DNA from: Macrostomum hystrix
Taxonomy: Eukaryota; Animalia; Platyhelminthes
Direction: 5' to 3'
DNA length: 64,000 bases
Assembly (NCBI GenBank): GCA_950097015.1
Contig: CATNEN010000025.1
Location: 496,001 to 560,000, forward strand
Shown: in pieces, positions 13,193-26,468 of the stretch
How the letters are laid out: every line of letters begins with the position of its first letter
Numbering within the stretch: the stretch's first letter is position 1
Translations under genes and position numbers: made by a program
Notes under the pieces: generated by a model
What the model was told of the DNA's origin: nothing
The model's database searches: none
What the model saw: the letters and a program-made list of their open reading frames with translations, nothing else

Positions 13193-14645
13193 GGATGTAC
13201 TAGCCTGAGTATCTGTGATAGCTGATGTACTAGCCTGAGGATCTGTAAGAGTTGATGTACTAGCCTGAGGATATGTGAGAGTTGATGTACTAACCTGAGT
13301 ATCTGTGAGATCTGTGATGTACTAGCCTGTACTAGTACATGTACTAGCCGGAGGATCTGTGATAGCTGATCTACTAGCCTGAGGATCTGTGATAGCAGAT
13401 GTACTAGCCTGAGGATCTGTGATAGCTGATCTACTAGCCTGAGGATCTGTGATAGCAGATGTACTAGCCTGAGGATCTGTGATAGCAGATGTACTAGCCT
13501 GAGGATCTGTGATAGCAGATGTACTAGCCTGAGGATCTGTGATAGCAGATGTACTAGCCTGAGGATATGTGAGAGTTGATGTACTAACCAGAGTATCTGT
13601 GAGAGTTGATGTACTAGCCTGAGGATCTGTGATAGCAGATGTACTAGCCTGAGGATCTGTGATAGCTGATGTACTAGCCTGAGGATCTGTGAGAGTTGAT
13701 GTACTAGCCTGAGGATCTGTGATAGCAGATGTACTAGCCTGAGGATCTGTGATAGCTTATGTACTAGCCTGAGGATCTGTGATAGCTGATGTACTAGCCT
13801 GAGGATCTGTGATAGCTGATGTACTAGCCTGAGGATCTGTGATAGCTTATGTACTAGCCTGAGGATCTGTGATAGCTTATGTACTAGCCTGAGGATCTGT
13901 GATAGCTTATGTACTAGCCTGAGGATCTGTGATAGCTTATGTACTAGCCTGAGGATCTGTGATAGCTGATGTACTAGCCTGAGGATCTGTGAGAGTTGAT
14001 GTACTAGCCTGAGGATCTGTGATAGCTTATGTACTAGCCTGAGGATCTGTGATAGCTTATGTACTAGCCTGAGGATCTGTGATAGCTTATGTACTAGCCT
14101 GAGGATCTGTGATAGCTGATGTACTAGCCTGAGGATCTGTGAGAGTTGATGTACTAGCCTGGGGATCTGTGACAGTAGATGTACTAGCCTGAGGATCTGT
14201 GATAGTTGATGTACTAGCCTGAGGATCTGTGACAGTAGATGTACTAGCCTGAGGATCTGTGATAGTTGATGTACTAGCCTGAGGATCTGTGACAGTAGAT
14301 GTACTAGCCTGAGGATCTGTGATAGTTGATGTACTAGCCTGAGGATCTGTGACAGTAGATGTACTAGCCTGAGGATCTGTGATAGCTGATGTACTAGCCT
14401 GAGGATCTGTGAGAGTTGATGTACTAGCCTGGGGATCTGTGACAGTAGATGTACTAGCCTGAGGATCTGTGATAGCTGATGTACTAGCCTGAGGATCTGT
14501 GAGAGTTGATAGATTACCTGAGGATCTGTGAGAGTTGATAGATTACCTGAGGATCTGTGAGAGTTGATAGATTACCTGAGGATCTGTGAGAGTTGATAGA
14601 TTACCTGAGGATCTGAAAGAGTGGATAGGCTACCTGAAGATCTGG
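13193..14645. repeat. 30-bp minisatellite (GATGTACTAGCCTGAGGATCTGTGATAGCT)
   Basis: About 48 units; the unit sequence shifts at the right end. Confidence 0.97.
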
Positions 14646-15707
14646 GATAGATAATTCTAAATTTTTAGCTATTGTTGAAAGGATTCATAAGAAATTCAGA
14701 AAACAAAGGGGCAGTTTGCAAGGCGATTCCACCGGAAAGTAAACATCTTTACAAGTACAGCCATAAATAGAGTTGAAGGAAGCAGCTGCACACTTTCGTA
14801 ACTGTTCAGAGTCTATTTCCATGTAACACTAATACGTATAAAAATCATGTTAGAAAATTTCGCAAACAGTATAAAAAATATAGCAAAGTTAAAATAGCAG
14901 TCAAATGCTGACAGGAATCTTGGATTCTAAAGCACCCAGATGAGATTTCAATCCGGTGAAAATGCCGAGCTTGATTTAAGTAAGCCTTTATAAAAAAAAT
15001 CTTTTTAAAAGCACTGTAGACAATAACCTACTAAGAGTAGACAGGAAGCGGTAATAAACGAATTAAATGTCACACCCTTCAAATAGATTTAGATAAGAAT
15101 AGAATTGCAAAAATGTAGAGCAGAGACTTACAGGTAACAAATCAAAGTTATTTTTGTAGCAGAATGGAAGTATGAGCTGTGAATCGAACAAAGTAATTTT
15201 CGTATGCCAGATATTGGCAACTAAAAAATAAAATAAAAGCTGCTCAATTGATCATATTCTAATTTACAGCAATAACAATGAGTGACTGAGCAGACCAGAG
15301 TATTACAAAACAGACCAATAAGAGACTATATACAGTTGCAGCGTTGAATAGATAGCACATTTCAACAAAGCTCTGAAACTTTTTGTAAATTTCGTCACTA
15401 TCCAAAATCGTGACTCGCCAGAAAATATAGCCCAACCTTTTTATGATACCTTATAATTTAACGAAAGTTATTTCGTAATAAATAGTTAAAATTTAAGGTT
15501 GAATTTTAAGAAAATAACAGTGCTATCTGGAATCGAATTGCGCGTCGGAAGCAAATGAGCTTCAATGAACATCAATGCATAGGAAAAACGCAGCAACGAA
15601 CAGGGAAAAGCAAACACATTGTGAATGCAGACACCGATGGGCCGACAGAAAAACAGACAAAACACTTATTATGAACCTATACTTGCTTCTCCGCCATTCC
15701 TGTAATG

Positions 15708-15854
15708 TCATTTTCTCCTTGACAGACATTTTACAGCATCATCATCCTTTACTGCCGACAAGGCATCCTGCCTAATATACTCTGCATAGTCGAGCTCTGC
15801 GGCAGTGGCTGAGCTGCAGCTGCTGCTACTGCTGTTACAACTGCTACTGTTACA

Positions 15855-15891
<37 letters not shown>

Positions 15892-16401
15892 AGCTCGGAA
15901 GATGACGCTGAATCTGAGCAGGTTAACCAAGACGACAAACTGCTGCCATCATCACCCTCATAATCATCTTCATGACTGCCGTCGGCATCTTTAAGACCAT
16001 TGTCAGCATCTTCAAGACTATCGTCGGCATCTTCAAGACCATCGTCGGCATCTTCAAGGCCATCGTCGGCATCTTCAAGACTATCGTCAGTGTCTTTCAA
16101 TTCTTGACCGTTCCTCGATTTTGCTGACTCCTGACTCTGGCTAAGCGGCTGCGACGCCTCGCTGAGCAGCCAGGGCGAAGTGTTGAGCGCATCCAGGGCG
16201 GTGGGCCGATCCGCGGGCCTCCAGGCCATCAGGTGGCGAAGCAGTAGCAGCGGGCCGGGCTCCGCTTGGACAGCGGCTGGATTGGCGGCCGCCAGCCGGT
16301 CGGCGATGCCAGAGCAGACGGTGGCGTGCTGGCGCGCCGCGCTGACCAGCCAGGGCCTAGAGAACGAGCCTGAAAAGTCCACGACTTCGTCTAGGGCGCG
16401 T
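15708..16401 (-). CDS. CDK4/6-like kinase, exon 2 (subdomain XI plus acidic/poly-Ser tail)
   Basis: Acceptor TTGCAG at 16402; phase fits exon 1 (GG+A). Encodes LMAWRPADRPTALDALNTSPW, then 21-bp DADD(G/S)LE repeats and poly-Ser. Confidence 0.85.
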
Positions 16402-16666
16402 CTGCAACTTCGAGCAGGAGGGTGGGTGAATTAAACAGTGGTGCCGTCACAATAAGCAATTGGCTACCAAACTGACACTTTCCGACGCAACATACCGAAC
16501 AACAATATACCATTTTGAAGGACAATCTACCACTTCAAACTTAAATCTACCATTCTGAACTACAACCCATCCATCTACAGTCACTTTATACTCATGTCCC
16601 TAATCTGTCTATATATTTGACAACTCTAAACTATAATATACCGTTAACAAATACTTTTAAGAGCGG

Positions 16667-16890
16667 AGGCAGCCGCTGAGAGAAAGCTTGTGAACCTCCA
16701 AGGCACATTAAGAGTGTACACTGCCTAACGATGAGAAAGTCAGGGCAGATGTACACGCCTGTGTGCCTGCGTATAGTATCTGTGTGCGTGTGTGCTCAGG
16801 AGTCAGCAAAATGGACAGAATTGCCTCCTCGCTGGCAGCGGGTCTAGTGTCACTTTCATGATGTGCCATTGCCCGCAGCCCAACTGCAGT
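16667..16890 (+). mobile_element. tRNA-derived SINE family A, 5'-truncated, inside the CDK intron
   Basis: Matches the copies at 24.1, 26.3, 39.8, 45.7 and 52.5 kb. Confidence 0.85.
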
Positions 16891-16973
16891 ACTATTTATT
16901 TTATCAACCAGCCAGGATATTTTTTGGCAAAAGCTACAATCTATTCCACAAAGCTGCTGTGTGACCAGCTCAC

Positions 16974-17806
16974 CCTGATGGCTCGGACGGGCCGTCCAAA
17001 ACCGCGGCCGCAATGCAGCAGACGGCGTGCACCTCGCCCCTCTTGCAGCAGGGAAACGGCCAGTCGCCTGTGAGCATCTCAAAGAAGATGCAGCCAACGC
17101 TCCACACATCGGCCGGAGTGCCATAGGAGGCGCTCAGCAGAGCCTCGGGCGCCCGGTAGGCCAAGGTGGTGGCCACCCTGGACAAATGGCGTTCCCAAGC
17201 GCACACACGCGACGAGTTGAAGTCGCCAATCTTTAGCACAGTGGCGCTCCAATTTAGCAGCAGATTCTGCGGTTTAATATCGCGATGCAGCACCCTGTGG
17301 CTGTGCAGATGGGCCAAGCCGCTGAGCAGCTGACGGCCAAGAGAAGCAACCAGGCGCAGTTCTAGAGGCTTATCCCCGCCAGCCTGCATGAGCTGGCGCA
17401 GGTCGCAGTCTAGCAGTTCAAATACCAGGTGCTGACAGAATGTCTGGCCCAGTTCAGATACAAATATGTCCAATAGGCGCAGTACATTCGGATGCTGGCA
17501 GCGCTGCAGTCGCTTCAGCGCGGCCAACTCGCGCAGCGTGCCATAATTGATGCCGCCCTTAGAGCACCATTCGACTAGCTTGACGGCCACCCGGCCCTGC
17601 GGTCCCTGGCCAATGTAGACTTTGCTGAAACTGCCAGTGCCGATCGGGTTCAACTGGTTGTTGTAGCTATAAGGCGATTGGCCTCTTCTGCCGTCGCCAT
17701 CATCGGATTCGCGTACACCATTACCACCACTACTGCCACGCTGCTGCTGCTGCCGACTGGGCAGCAATCTTGATGACTGAAGCTGGAGAAATATTATTTT
17801 CATCAT
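16974..17806 (-). CDS. CDK4/6-like serine/threonine kinase, exon 1 (true N-terminus uncertain)
   Basis: Motifs GTGSFSKV, AVK, GTLRELA, HPNVLRLLD, HRDIKPQN, DFN, YRAPE and DVWSVGCIFFEM; donor GG|GTGAGC at 16973; possible acceptor at 17783. Confidence 0.92.
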
Positions 17807-20800
17807 GAAAAAGCCTTTTTTATTTCAAATATACTAGCCTATGCTAATTACACCTAAGCTCAATTTATTTTATGCAGAGCTTGAAACACATTGGTTAGAC
17901 ATTTGATTACTTAGCAAGAGGTTAAGAGTTTGAAGCTAAAATCAATTCAGGCAAAAGTATTTTACAAGAGCTCTTACAATTTTCCTTCTAGCTTGGAAAA
18001 TGTAATTGCATTTTCCAACAAGATGCACTAGAATAAATAAACCACAAACCGATCTTAATCCAATCTTAATAGAAATGACTAGCAATACAATTTATAATTT
18101 TAGCCATAGGAAAAGCTAGGCCTTTATGAATACACAATATTACCCAGTGTTTTTATTTCATCTAACTGTTGTGGCAATTCCATAGTTTACTGAGTTTAAT
18201 TTTCAATACCTTATTTTCAATATTTTTAGTCCATCTGATGACTGTAAATTGTGCCAAAAACAATTTTACCTGAGGCTAATCTGATGAGGCCTGCAGCTAA
18301 GCTATGTGTCATTGATGTCATAATACAGCAGGCTTATGTTATCTATCATATAGCAGTGAATGCCAAATTTGAGATGATCTCAATGGGTACCTATCACTGG
18401 GTTGCACATTACTAAAACATACTATTACTATTAAAGTTATATTATTTTACTACTCAGTTTAAAACAATTTTAAGCAGTAAATTTGGGGATTGTAATTGTG
18501 TCATAAAAGTATAATTACTAGCAATCAAATTTATTATTATCCATAGGAAAAGCTAGGCATTTAGGAATGTATACATCAGTTAGGCTAGGTTAGCTAGGCA
18601 CTGAGTGGCAAGTACATGCTCAATTTATACAACCAAATGATAAAGTAAATGACAATATTAGGAAACAAACTAAAATTTATAAATAAGCAAATAACTAGGC
18701 TAACACACTTTCAAGGCCTAGAATGTAGATACAAACTGTAAAATAAGTGGCTTCTAGGCCTATTGTATTACTAGCTATATTTAAGCTTATAGCTAGATTG
18801 ATCAAAATGGATTTCTTAATTGAACTCAGCACTCCTAAAATGTAGACAGATTTATGAACTTACAAAGATAAAACTATATATAGGATTAAAGTTCAAGAAG
18901 CCTGGTACAGTAGTTAGGCCTGGCCTACCACTAGGCTACCAGGCTATGCTTAGTATAGGTAGCAAATGTCTCTTACTGGATTCAACACAATTGTCATGGG
19001 TGGTAATTTTATTTATATAACATATGTAGTTATTTGGCTTTCTTCATATGTTTTCTATTTAGCTTAGCTAGTTAGGCTACATAATTCTTAGGCCCTAGTC
19101 AGGAGAAAAAAATAATAATTAGCTAGATAAATTTTGGAGATCAGCTATTTACTACAAAGTAAACTTAGCCTAAAAAACTCCAACTAGTCTGCTATGTAAA
19201 TTTAATTTCAGCTCTGCTTTGCCCTCTTTGGTATGATAATCTGAACTAAAAACATAACATGGGTAGGCAGCAGGCCCAAACAAATAAAGCAAACAGACTG
19301 GTCCTTCTACCTAGGTCTAGGATCATTCAATCATGATTAAGTAGGTACTAATGACAATGTTAAAATTAAATCACAAATAATCATATTATTTATTATAAAT
19401 CAGGGAATGAAGCTAACACTGTGCCATTATTTATTTTTATATTCACAGAAAATAGCAGAAATGTTACATTTCTTAATATATTAGATCGTTAAGAATTTCA
19501 AAGGCATAGACTAGACTTGACTTGCAGCGTCTGTCATCAGCAAAAGCTAGTTCTACATATAAAATTTCACATCGACCGTCGAAATTAGCTGCTTGCTGCC
19601 TGAACGCAGTGACGTGTGATGAATTATGATATTAGTGTAGCATAATCAACTCCTCCTATTTCTCTGTTCTATGTAAAGTACTAGGCCTACTTAGAGCATG
19701 GAATAATTAATATTTCAAGATATTCCATGTCATATTCTACTTTGTAAAGTAAAAAGCATTTCTACGAAGCATGTGTTTTGGTCCCCTTAGTTATTCGTTC
19801 TTCTGTTTTTTAGTAGCATTAGTTGGCTCAGGCAAGATGCCTGTTTGGCCAATATAGTGTATCGAGTATATTTTTGTCACGAAACACAAACAGGTTAATT
19901 GAAAGTTTGAAAAAGTGCGAAAATCAAAAATAGAGCGCAAACGAAGAAAACGATGTTATAAGATAATAAATATTATGTTAGTGTCAAAGAATTTGTTCTG
20001 TCCTTATTTAAATAATTTGTTTAACTTATTTTTTTACATTTTTGTAAGTAAGACGCTCGCGTATGCAACGTGTACGTTGCATCTTTGATAAGCGAATTAG
20101 CTGGTCAAAGATGACAACCAGGTTTATACAGAGCAGAGTTGTTCTTGTCCGCATGCAGGGTTTTCGACAATGATCGCTGAATATCTAAAACGACGGGTGG
20201 CTATAAAAAATTAGTTCACTGTAAAGGGCGAGAAATTTAGATTCATATAAATGTTGGAATTTCATGAAATCGGTCTTCGATTTGGGAGCAGTCGTGACGT
20301 AGGCAGTTGGGTCTTTCCCCATTTGGAAAATAGAGTGATCTTTTTACCGCTTTTTTTCTTGGATAGTAAAATAAAATCGAAGAAACTCAAGAAACCCAAG
20401 TGCATCTGAACTTCGTTTTGAAATCCTGTTTGACATTTCGGGCAGAGCCTATAGTTGTACGTCATGGACTTATCGCTGAGTTTTGTATGCTTTAGCTTAC
20501 GATTACCAAGAATAAATGAATAAATTCCCTGACAGGGAGGAGTTAAAATGTTTACCACCTGGAGACAGTTAAGCAGATTAAAATGGGTTGCCCCAGTCTG
20601 GCGGCCTCGATCCCAGTCCATGGACTGAAAAGCTGTAGCTGGATTGGAAGCGCCACGCAATAGCTGAGGGACTACCAACACATTTGTCGTAGACAGGTAT
20701 AAATTAAGAGCTACTCGCAGAGGGCAAATAAAAGGTAACTGTCAAAAAAAATTATCAGGTACGATTTTTATTTGCTAAACTCCATTCATTCATTTAAATA

Positions 20801-21081
20801 ATGAATATAAGTCAAAATGTTACTTCACATCGAAACTTAACTTGTTAATCGAAAAAATTCATATATGAAACTATCTCAACAAGACTAGAGTAAAAAACAT
20901 AATTTTTCTGTACAAACGAACAAAAAGTACTAAAGTACTAAAAGTACAATTACCTTTACGAGTCGAAAAAAATTAGCCTCGTAGAGGACATTCGTTGTAT
21001 CAAGAAGAATCAAGAAGCGATACTAAATTAAGGCGAAAGATCGGTTCTATTGTTCTTTACTAGGCCCCACCTAGGAAGCAG

Positions 21082-21789
21082 CTAGACAAAAATCACAGCG
21101 CCACTGGATTCGGCATTCGGCTCAGACGAGAAGCGACTCCTCCCTCGAGCAGCAACGCTGGCATCAGCTTCTTCGTCGTCTTCCGCGTCTTCTTCATCTT
21201 CATCTTCGTCGTCCTCCTCCGACGCCTCCGCGGTGGCCTCCAGCGTTGGCGTCTCAGCTCGGCCAGTTCTAACGCTCGACTCCCTGTCGTTGTCGGCGTC
21301 GGCCTCTGTATCGCGGTTGTCATCGTCGGCATCATCGTCGTCACTATAGTCGGATTCGTCCGCCATCACAATGGTGATGCCCTCGGCATCGGCTGCTGCC
21401 GACGCTGTCAAACTGGATGACTCGATAGACGCTGAGCTGTCTGAGCTGCCGCCAACGCCGCTGCCAGCTCCTGAGGTGCGGCGAAACACTGAGCTTCTAC
21501 TAACGAATGCGCGACGGGTTAGCCGTCGACGAGTCTTCACCAGTTCCGACAGGTTCGCCCGTAGCTCCGGCTCCTCAGCACCATTGTAGACGCCAAGGAA
21601 GCCGATATAAGGCCGCACAACCAGGGCCACCATTCGCTCCAGAGAGACGTCATTCTCACTAGGCGGCTCCGAGTCGCGGTGCATCTGCAGCACCAGCAGC
21701 ATGCGGGTGAAGTCTGGTGACAGGCTGCTGATTCTGCCGCAGGCCGCCTCGGACCGTAGGACACTGTGAATGCCAGTTGGGAGAAGCAC
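21082..21789 (-). CDS. PRR5: PRR5/Protor-like protein (HbrB domain), last exon with acidic tail
   Basis: Acceptor CCCACAG at 21790, phase 0. RMLLVLQ...LERMVALVVRPYIG matches my recollection of PRR5 (QMLLVLQ...LETLVQKVVSPYLG). Confidence 0.8.
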   Translation of the reverse strand: MLLPTGIHSVLRSEAACGRISSLSPDFTRMLLVLQMHRDSEPPSENDVSLERMVALVVRPYIGFLGVYNGAEEPELRANLSELVKTRRRLTRRAFVSRSSVFRRTSGAGSGVGGSSDSSASIESSSLTASAAADAEGITIVMADESDYSDDDDADDDNRDTEADADNDRESSVRTGRAETPTLEATAEASEEDDEDEDEEDAEDDEEADASVAARGRSRFSSEPNAESSGAVIFV

Positions 21790-21921
21790 CTGTGGGCACA
21801 AGAGGCTCTTCAACTAAGCGCTCAATTTTTGGTCTTAGCGCTCAAGTTGCGTTTATTACTGTAAAAAATGCTTTCTGTTTGATGCCTTGTTAGCGGTACG
21901 CTCGTATTTTAGAATCGTCCG

Positions 21922-22093
21922 TCTCTTGGGTAGAGATGATTCTCTTGAGTAGAGATGATTCTCTTGGGTAGAGATGATTCTCTTGGGTAGAGATGATTCT
22001 CTTGGGTAGAGATGATTCTCTTGAGTAGAGATGATTCTCTTGGGTAGAGATGATTCTCTTGAGTAGAGATGGTTCTCTTGAGTAGAGATGGTT
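21922..22093. repeat. 19-bp minisatellite (CTCTTGGGTAGAGATGATT) in the PRR5 intron
   Basis: About 9 units. Confidence 0.92.
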
Positions 22094-22681
22094 CACTTAG
22101 GGAGCGAGGTAGATAAGAGGCTGAGCAGTAGCGTGTCCGACTCCCGTAGCAAGGTTCCTGAGCTCCAATCAGCGGCCAGGCCTCATTATTTTGGGGAGCG
22201 GAGAGAAGCCTTGTGGCTTGTGGTTCAGTTGACGTCTATGAGGACATATCCAAAAGTCACAGTGGAGTGTTAGCTGCCTGGCAATGTAAAGTCAGCACAG
22301 ATGTACACAACTGTGGGAGTGTGTACATGCGCACGTATGCGTGAGTGTTGTGGTTGTTATGGATCTCATAGAGGAAGATTTCTGTTTTTGCTTATATCTG
22401 GGCTTGACGATTCAACCCGGAAAGGAAGATTCTCTTGGGGAAAGACGATTTTCTTAGAAAGAGTTTATTCTATGATTTTTAGGGCGATTCTAAGTGCTTT
22501 GCAGAATAAAAACGGCTGTACTCAAGAAAGGCCCAATGCTCAGTAGGTAAGATACTCATACATAAGCTATGCTATAAGTTTCGGAAGTATACGAAGAGAA
22601 GAAAACTAAGTACAGTTCTAGACGACAAGTTCGAGCTACTAAAACCAGATTCAGCAATTTGAATATGATATGTTTTTTCAC

Positions 22682-23293
22682 CTGGTCGCGAAAGCCCAGC
22701 ATGAGTGCTCGGTCCAGCAGCTGCAAATCGGCCCCCATTGGCTGCAGGATGCATTTCAGCTCGGTGACCAGCTGGCCGTGAAAGAAACGCCACACTGACT
22801 CCAGAGATTCTAGCAGCTCTTCGGGGTCCTCGGAGCTGCGGTCGAGCCGTCTAGAGACAATCTTAAAGCCTTTCTTCAGCAGACTCTTCTCCAGGTAGTC
22901 GAGCACAACTCCGGGCGACACTGTCTTGGCCAGCATCCGCACTAGGCGAGCCGTGTGGCCCAGGTTCTGATTAGCCCGGCCCTTAAACGCCCCAATGAGA
23001 GCAGCTTGCACCTGTATCCAAACGGGATTTCTAGCCGACAATCCTTCGTGCGGCACGGAGCTGATTGCTTTCATTAGCGGCACTGGCACCTCAGAGTTGC
23101 CAAGGCTTCGCAATTCATCCTTGGTGAGGCGAGCGTTGGGTGTCGAGTAGCGCTTCTGAGTGGCGTGGAAGCCGGCGGGCACCGTCAGCGAGTGGCGTAG
23201 CGCGTGCTGCTGCAGTGCTCCTCCAACAGGCCTAATCTCACCCATGCCAATGCAGTCTGAAAGGCCCGATAGTGGTTTCAGCTGCAACTCCAC
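22682..23293 (-). CDS. PRR5: PRR5/Protor-like protein, HbrB-domain exon (in-frame ATG at 23245)
   Basis: VWIQVQAALIGAF..., YLEKSLLKKG..., LLESLESVWRFF..., LMLGFRDQ follow the HbrB/PRR5 pattern from recollection; donor CAG|GTGAAA at 22681. Confidence 0.8.
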
Positions 23294-24084
23294 CTTTAAT
23301 AGGTGCTGCTACGCTTTCTGTGTACGAGAGTTGGGTCTTTTTATTACAGGACTATATACAATGCACATTTCAACTAACCCTTATCAGCCATTTGATAGCG
23401 GAGCTTGCAAGTTAACGCATTGCATTTACTGTCAGTTGAAACTACGAGTACTTGAGATATCAAACTGATTTGAGCGCACGCGCACAAATACTGCACAATG
23501 CGAAAGTGCACGAATAGAATTAGTGCAGTAAGTCAGCAGCAGGTAATTACATATTATCTATTGTAGAGAATGATCGCACAATTGTTGTTTAAGCTTGTCA
23601 TTGCCAGCATTCCAGTGAACGCGATTCCTATACTTCGTTCGTTCGTAGATATTTTTATCTCAGCATCAATCGAATTGGCGATGACTTTGAAGTCCTGACC
23701 CCGAAGTCGGCCTGTCTACACATGATTGTTTGCTGGTACTATAGTGGCATGTAGTCAAAACGTTCCATCAACGGTTTTGACGGAATAAAACATGTACAAA
23801 ACGAAAAAGTGGGCATTAGGGACCAATGAGCAACCCGAGTCGTTTTAGGCTCGCTTTTAGTAGATAATTATCTCTATAGTCTATGGACGAGATAATCTAC
23901 AAGAGATGCCGAGATTACTTTGTACAATACTATAATACGCCCTTTTGTGGGCAGTCTTTATCCTCTACTTTAGATGTTCTTAATTTTGCAAGTCAGGAAA
24001 AATCGACATTGGAGTGCTTAAAGCACTTGAGCTTTCACTTTCAAGTCACTTGAGGGACTTGAGAGACATTTACCAAGATCTGGC

Positions 24085-24394
24085 TTTGTGGGCACTGGAA
24101 CATCATTAGGTGACAGTAGACCCGCAGCCAGCGAGGACACAATTCTGCCCATTTCGCTGACTCCTGAGCACACACTCACACAGGTGTGTACATCTGCCCT
24201 GACTTTTTCATCGTCAGGCAGTGTACACTTTCACAGTGCCTTGGAGGTTGACTCTCAAGGGCTCTAAATTGCATGACAAGCCCTCAAGACTTCTCTCCGC
24301 GGCTGCGCCCTAAATAAGTGCGACCTCGCCGTGCAAACGAGCTCAGGGACCTTTGTGCGAGAGGTGAACGCGTTCACGCTCTGCCCCCCTCCAC
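24085..24394 (-). mobile_element. tRNA-derived SINE family A, near full length
   Basis: Reverse complement aligns end to end with 45719-46060. Confidence 0.88.
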
Positions 24395-25163
24395 ACCTAG
24401 CCTACGTTTGCTGATTTAGTACCGATGGACTGTTGGCTGTTCCCAAAAGTTAATTCCATGCAGTATTGCTGGCTGCAGATTTGACACCGAACAGCAGGCA
24501 AAGAATGCTGGGAGTGGGGCACGAACCTCAGGCCTTCTACAAGTGGGTGACCAGGTGGCAGCGGTCTATCGAGACAGCTGGATACTATTTTGGGAAGTAA
24601 ATGCGTGTTTTTGTTAAAATCGCGTGTTTTGTTAAAAAGATGTGCATAAACTCTTTGTTTAAACGTAACAGCTAACGTAGCTTCAGTTTATTAAAAAAAT
24701 AATGTTTACACCTTTGTTAAATACTCGTAGATTATTTATTTTTTCTTATAATTAGTAAAAACAAATAGTACCTTTTTACATACCAGCGTACGCCAAGAAA
24801 AACTCAAAATAGCAACATTTTACATAATATTATAATAGCTATAAGAATTCAATGCAAGGAAAAATAATAGTATCGGTTTGCATGACGAAAATTCATAACA
24901 AGTCTTGAAGTATCTTGCTTTAATTAGCATTTGACCAATTTGAAATATTAGTAACTACGAGAAAATTTCAAAGTAGTCAAGATCTGTATATCTTTGAAAA
25001 CCTGTTTGCTTATACTTTTAAAAAAATAAGGCGGTCTACTGTGGTATGAAAATTACAGAACAATCTGGAAAGCAAACAAAAAAATACAAGAGCCTCTAAA
25101 ATAACTCACCTTCCACGTCTTGCTCAAAAGCTTGTGAAGCTTGACATTGTGACGGAGCATTAG

Positions 25164-25557
25164 CTAAGCCCGTGTGAATATAGCAACAAAGAAGCCTCGA
25201 GACCGGCTATCTGAGTCTATCGGCTGGTAGGCATCGCTAATCATTGAGCCAGTTCTTCTGAATCGATAGCGTCGCAGACAACAGAACAGGACTACTAGAA
25301 GCAGAATGCAGAACGGGATGAGTGCCAGCAGTGTCAGCAGAGGGAACTTTGACGCTGTTTCGCGCGACGGAACCTGGAAGAATACGTCCGTGCCACCTCT
25401 CGGCATTGCGCAGACGTAATGATGCAAGCTTAAATTGCGGTCCATAAAGAGAAAGGGTTTCACTGTCAGCCATAGGTACGCGAAGTGCTTATTTTCGCTG
25501 CAACCGCTAGTTGACCAGGCCTCGTCTGGGTCACATCGGATCCACTCAGCGGAATCA
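25164..25557 (-). CDS. CUB-like/C-type lectin membrane protein, exon 2 (CTL C-half, TM, short tail)
   Basis: Acceptor TTGCAG at 25558; phase fits (GT+T). Reads DSAEWIRCDPD...HYVC, then TM LLTLLALIPFCILLLVVLFCCL and RRYRFRR. Confidence 0.82.
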
Positions 25558-26214
25558 CTGCAACGTCATGTAAGAAAATAAATTCTTACTTCGTTTTTTT
25601 CAAAGCCAGAATATGATTAGACCTATTCCTATTGGACCTACACCCATGCCAAATGTTATCAATTGTTTAAAGCCGTTCATTAGAAACTGTAAATATATAA
25701 CATACAAGTTCATAAATTGGCAGTTGTAGCATCGATATCTAAATTGATGGCAAATACATTTCTAAAGATTAAAAGGGAAACCACTGAAGCTCTAGCAAAG
25801 TACATTGTCATATAGCCTAGCTAACAATTGAGTCAAAATAATGGAGATTTTACCATAGACAATTAACAGTCAGAGAGCAATAATTCTTGTCGAATCAACA
25901 GGACGCAATAATGCTACTGTCTATGGCAGAGTCCCCCCACTGTTGGCTAGTCAATTTGATAGGAACACGCGGCTTGGGCGTACAACAACGCCATAGACAC
26001 TCGTGCGCGTCCTAGGCGTTGATGCACTTGCAAGACCGTGCACTACAGAGATTTATTTCCATTATGAAGATATCGATAATAAGAAACCAGCAGCCCTTGA
26101 GCTCAAGCTGCCAACAAAAGGAAAGTTTTTTTCCATTGCAATTATAATACCATTGCGCATATGTTTCTCCTTCGCTTGACATTATTCGCCCCTGTTCAGT
26201 GAGTTCAGGGTTTG

Positions 26215-26425
26215 GATGAAGTGGATGGGAGAGCGGAAACATCATGGACGTCGGACTCCTTGCATCGATTTGGAGGTTTATGGGTTTGTGCCCAATTTAC
26301 GCCTAAGAGTTCCAACCCCCAAGGCGCAGTGAGAACGTCAAGTCAGATGTACACACATCTGTGAGTGTGTGCCTGGACGTGCTCAGGGGTCAGCGGAATA
26401 GACATAATGTCTATCGCCTCCTCAC
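26215..26425 (+). mobile_element. Degenerate SINE family A copy in the lectin intron
   Basis: Shares CAATTTACGCC, CAGATGTACACAC and GTGCTCAGG.GTCAGCGGAAT with the other copies. Confidence 0.7.
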
Positions 26426-26468
26426 TGCAAATATTATTTTTACACTAGCGTCAGCCAAAAAAGCTCAC

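Noticed and set aside
4783-14645. CRISPR-like appearance of the 23-32 bp repeats
   Set aside because: Units are head to tail with no unique spacers, there are no cas genes, and the context is eukaryotic.
20262-20681. 139-aa minus ORF with CPKC
   Set aside because: No recognisable domain or supported splice partners; could be real but cannot be supported from sequence alone.
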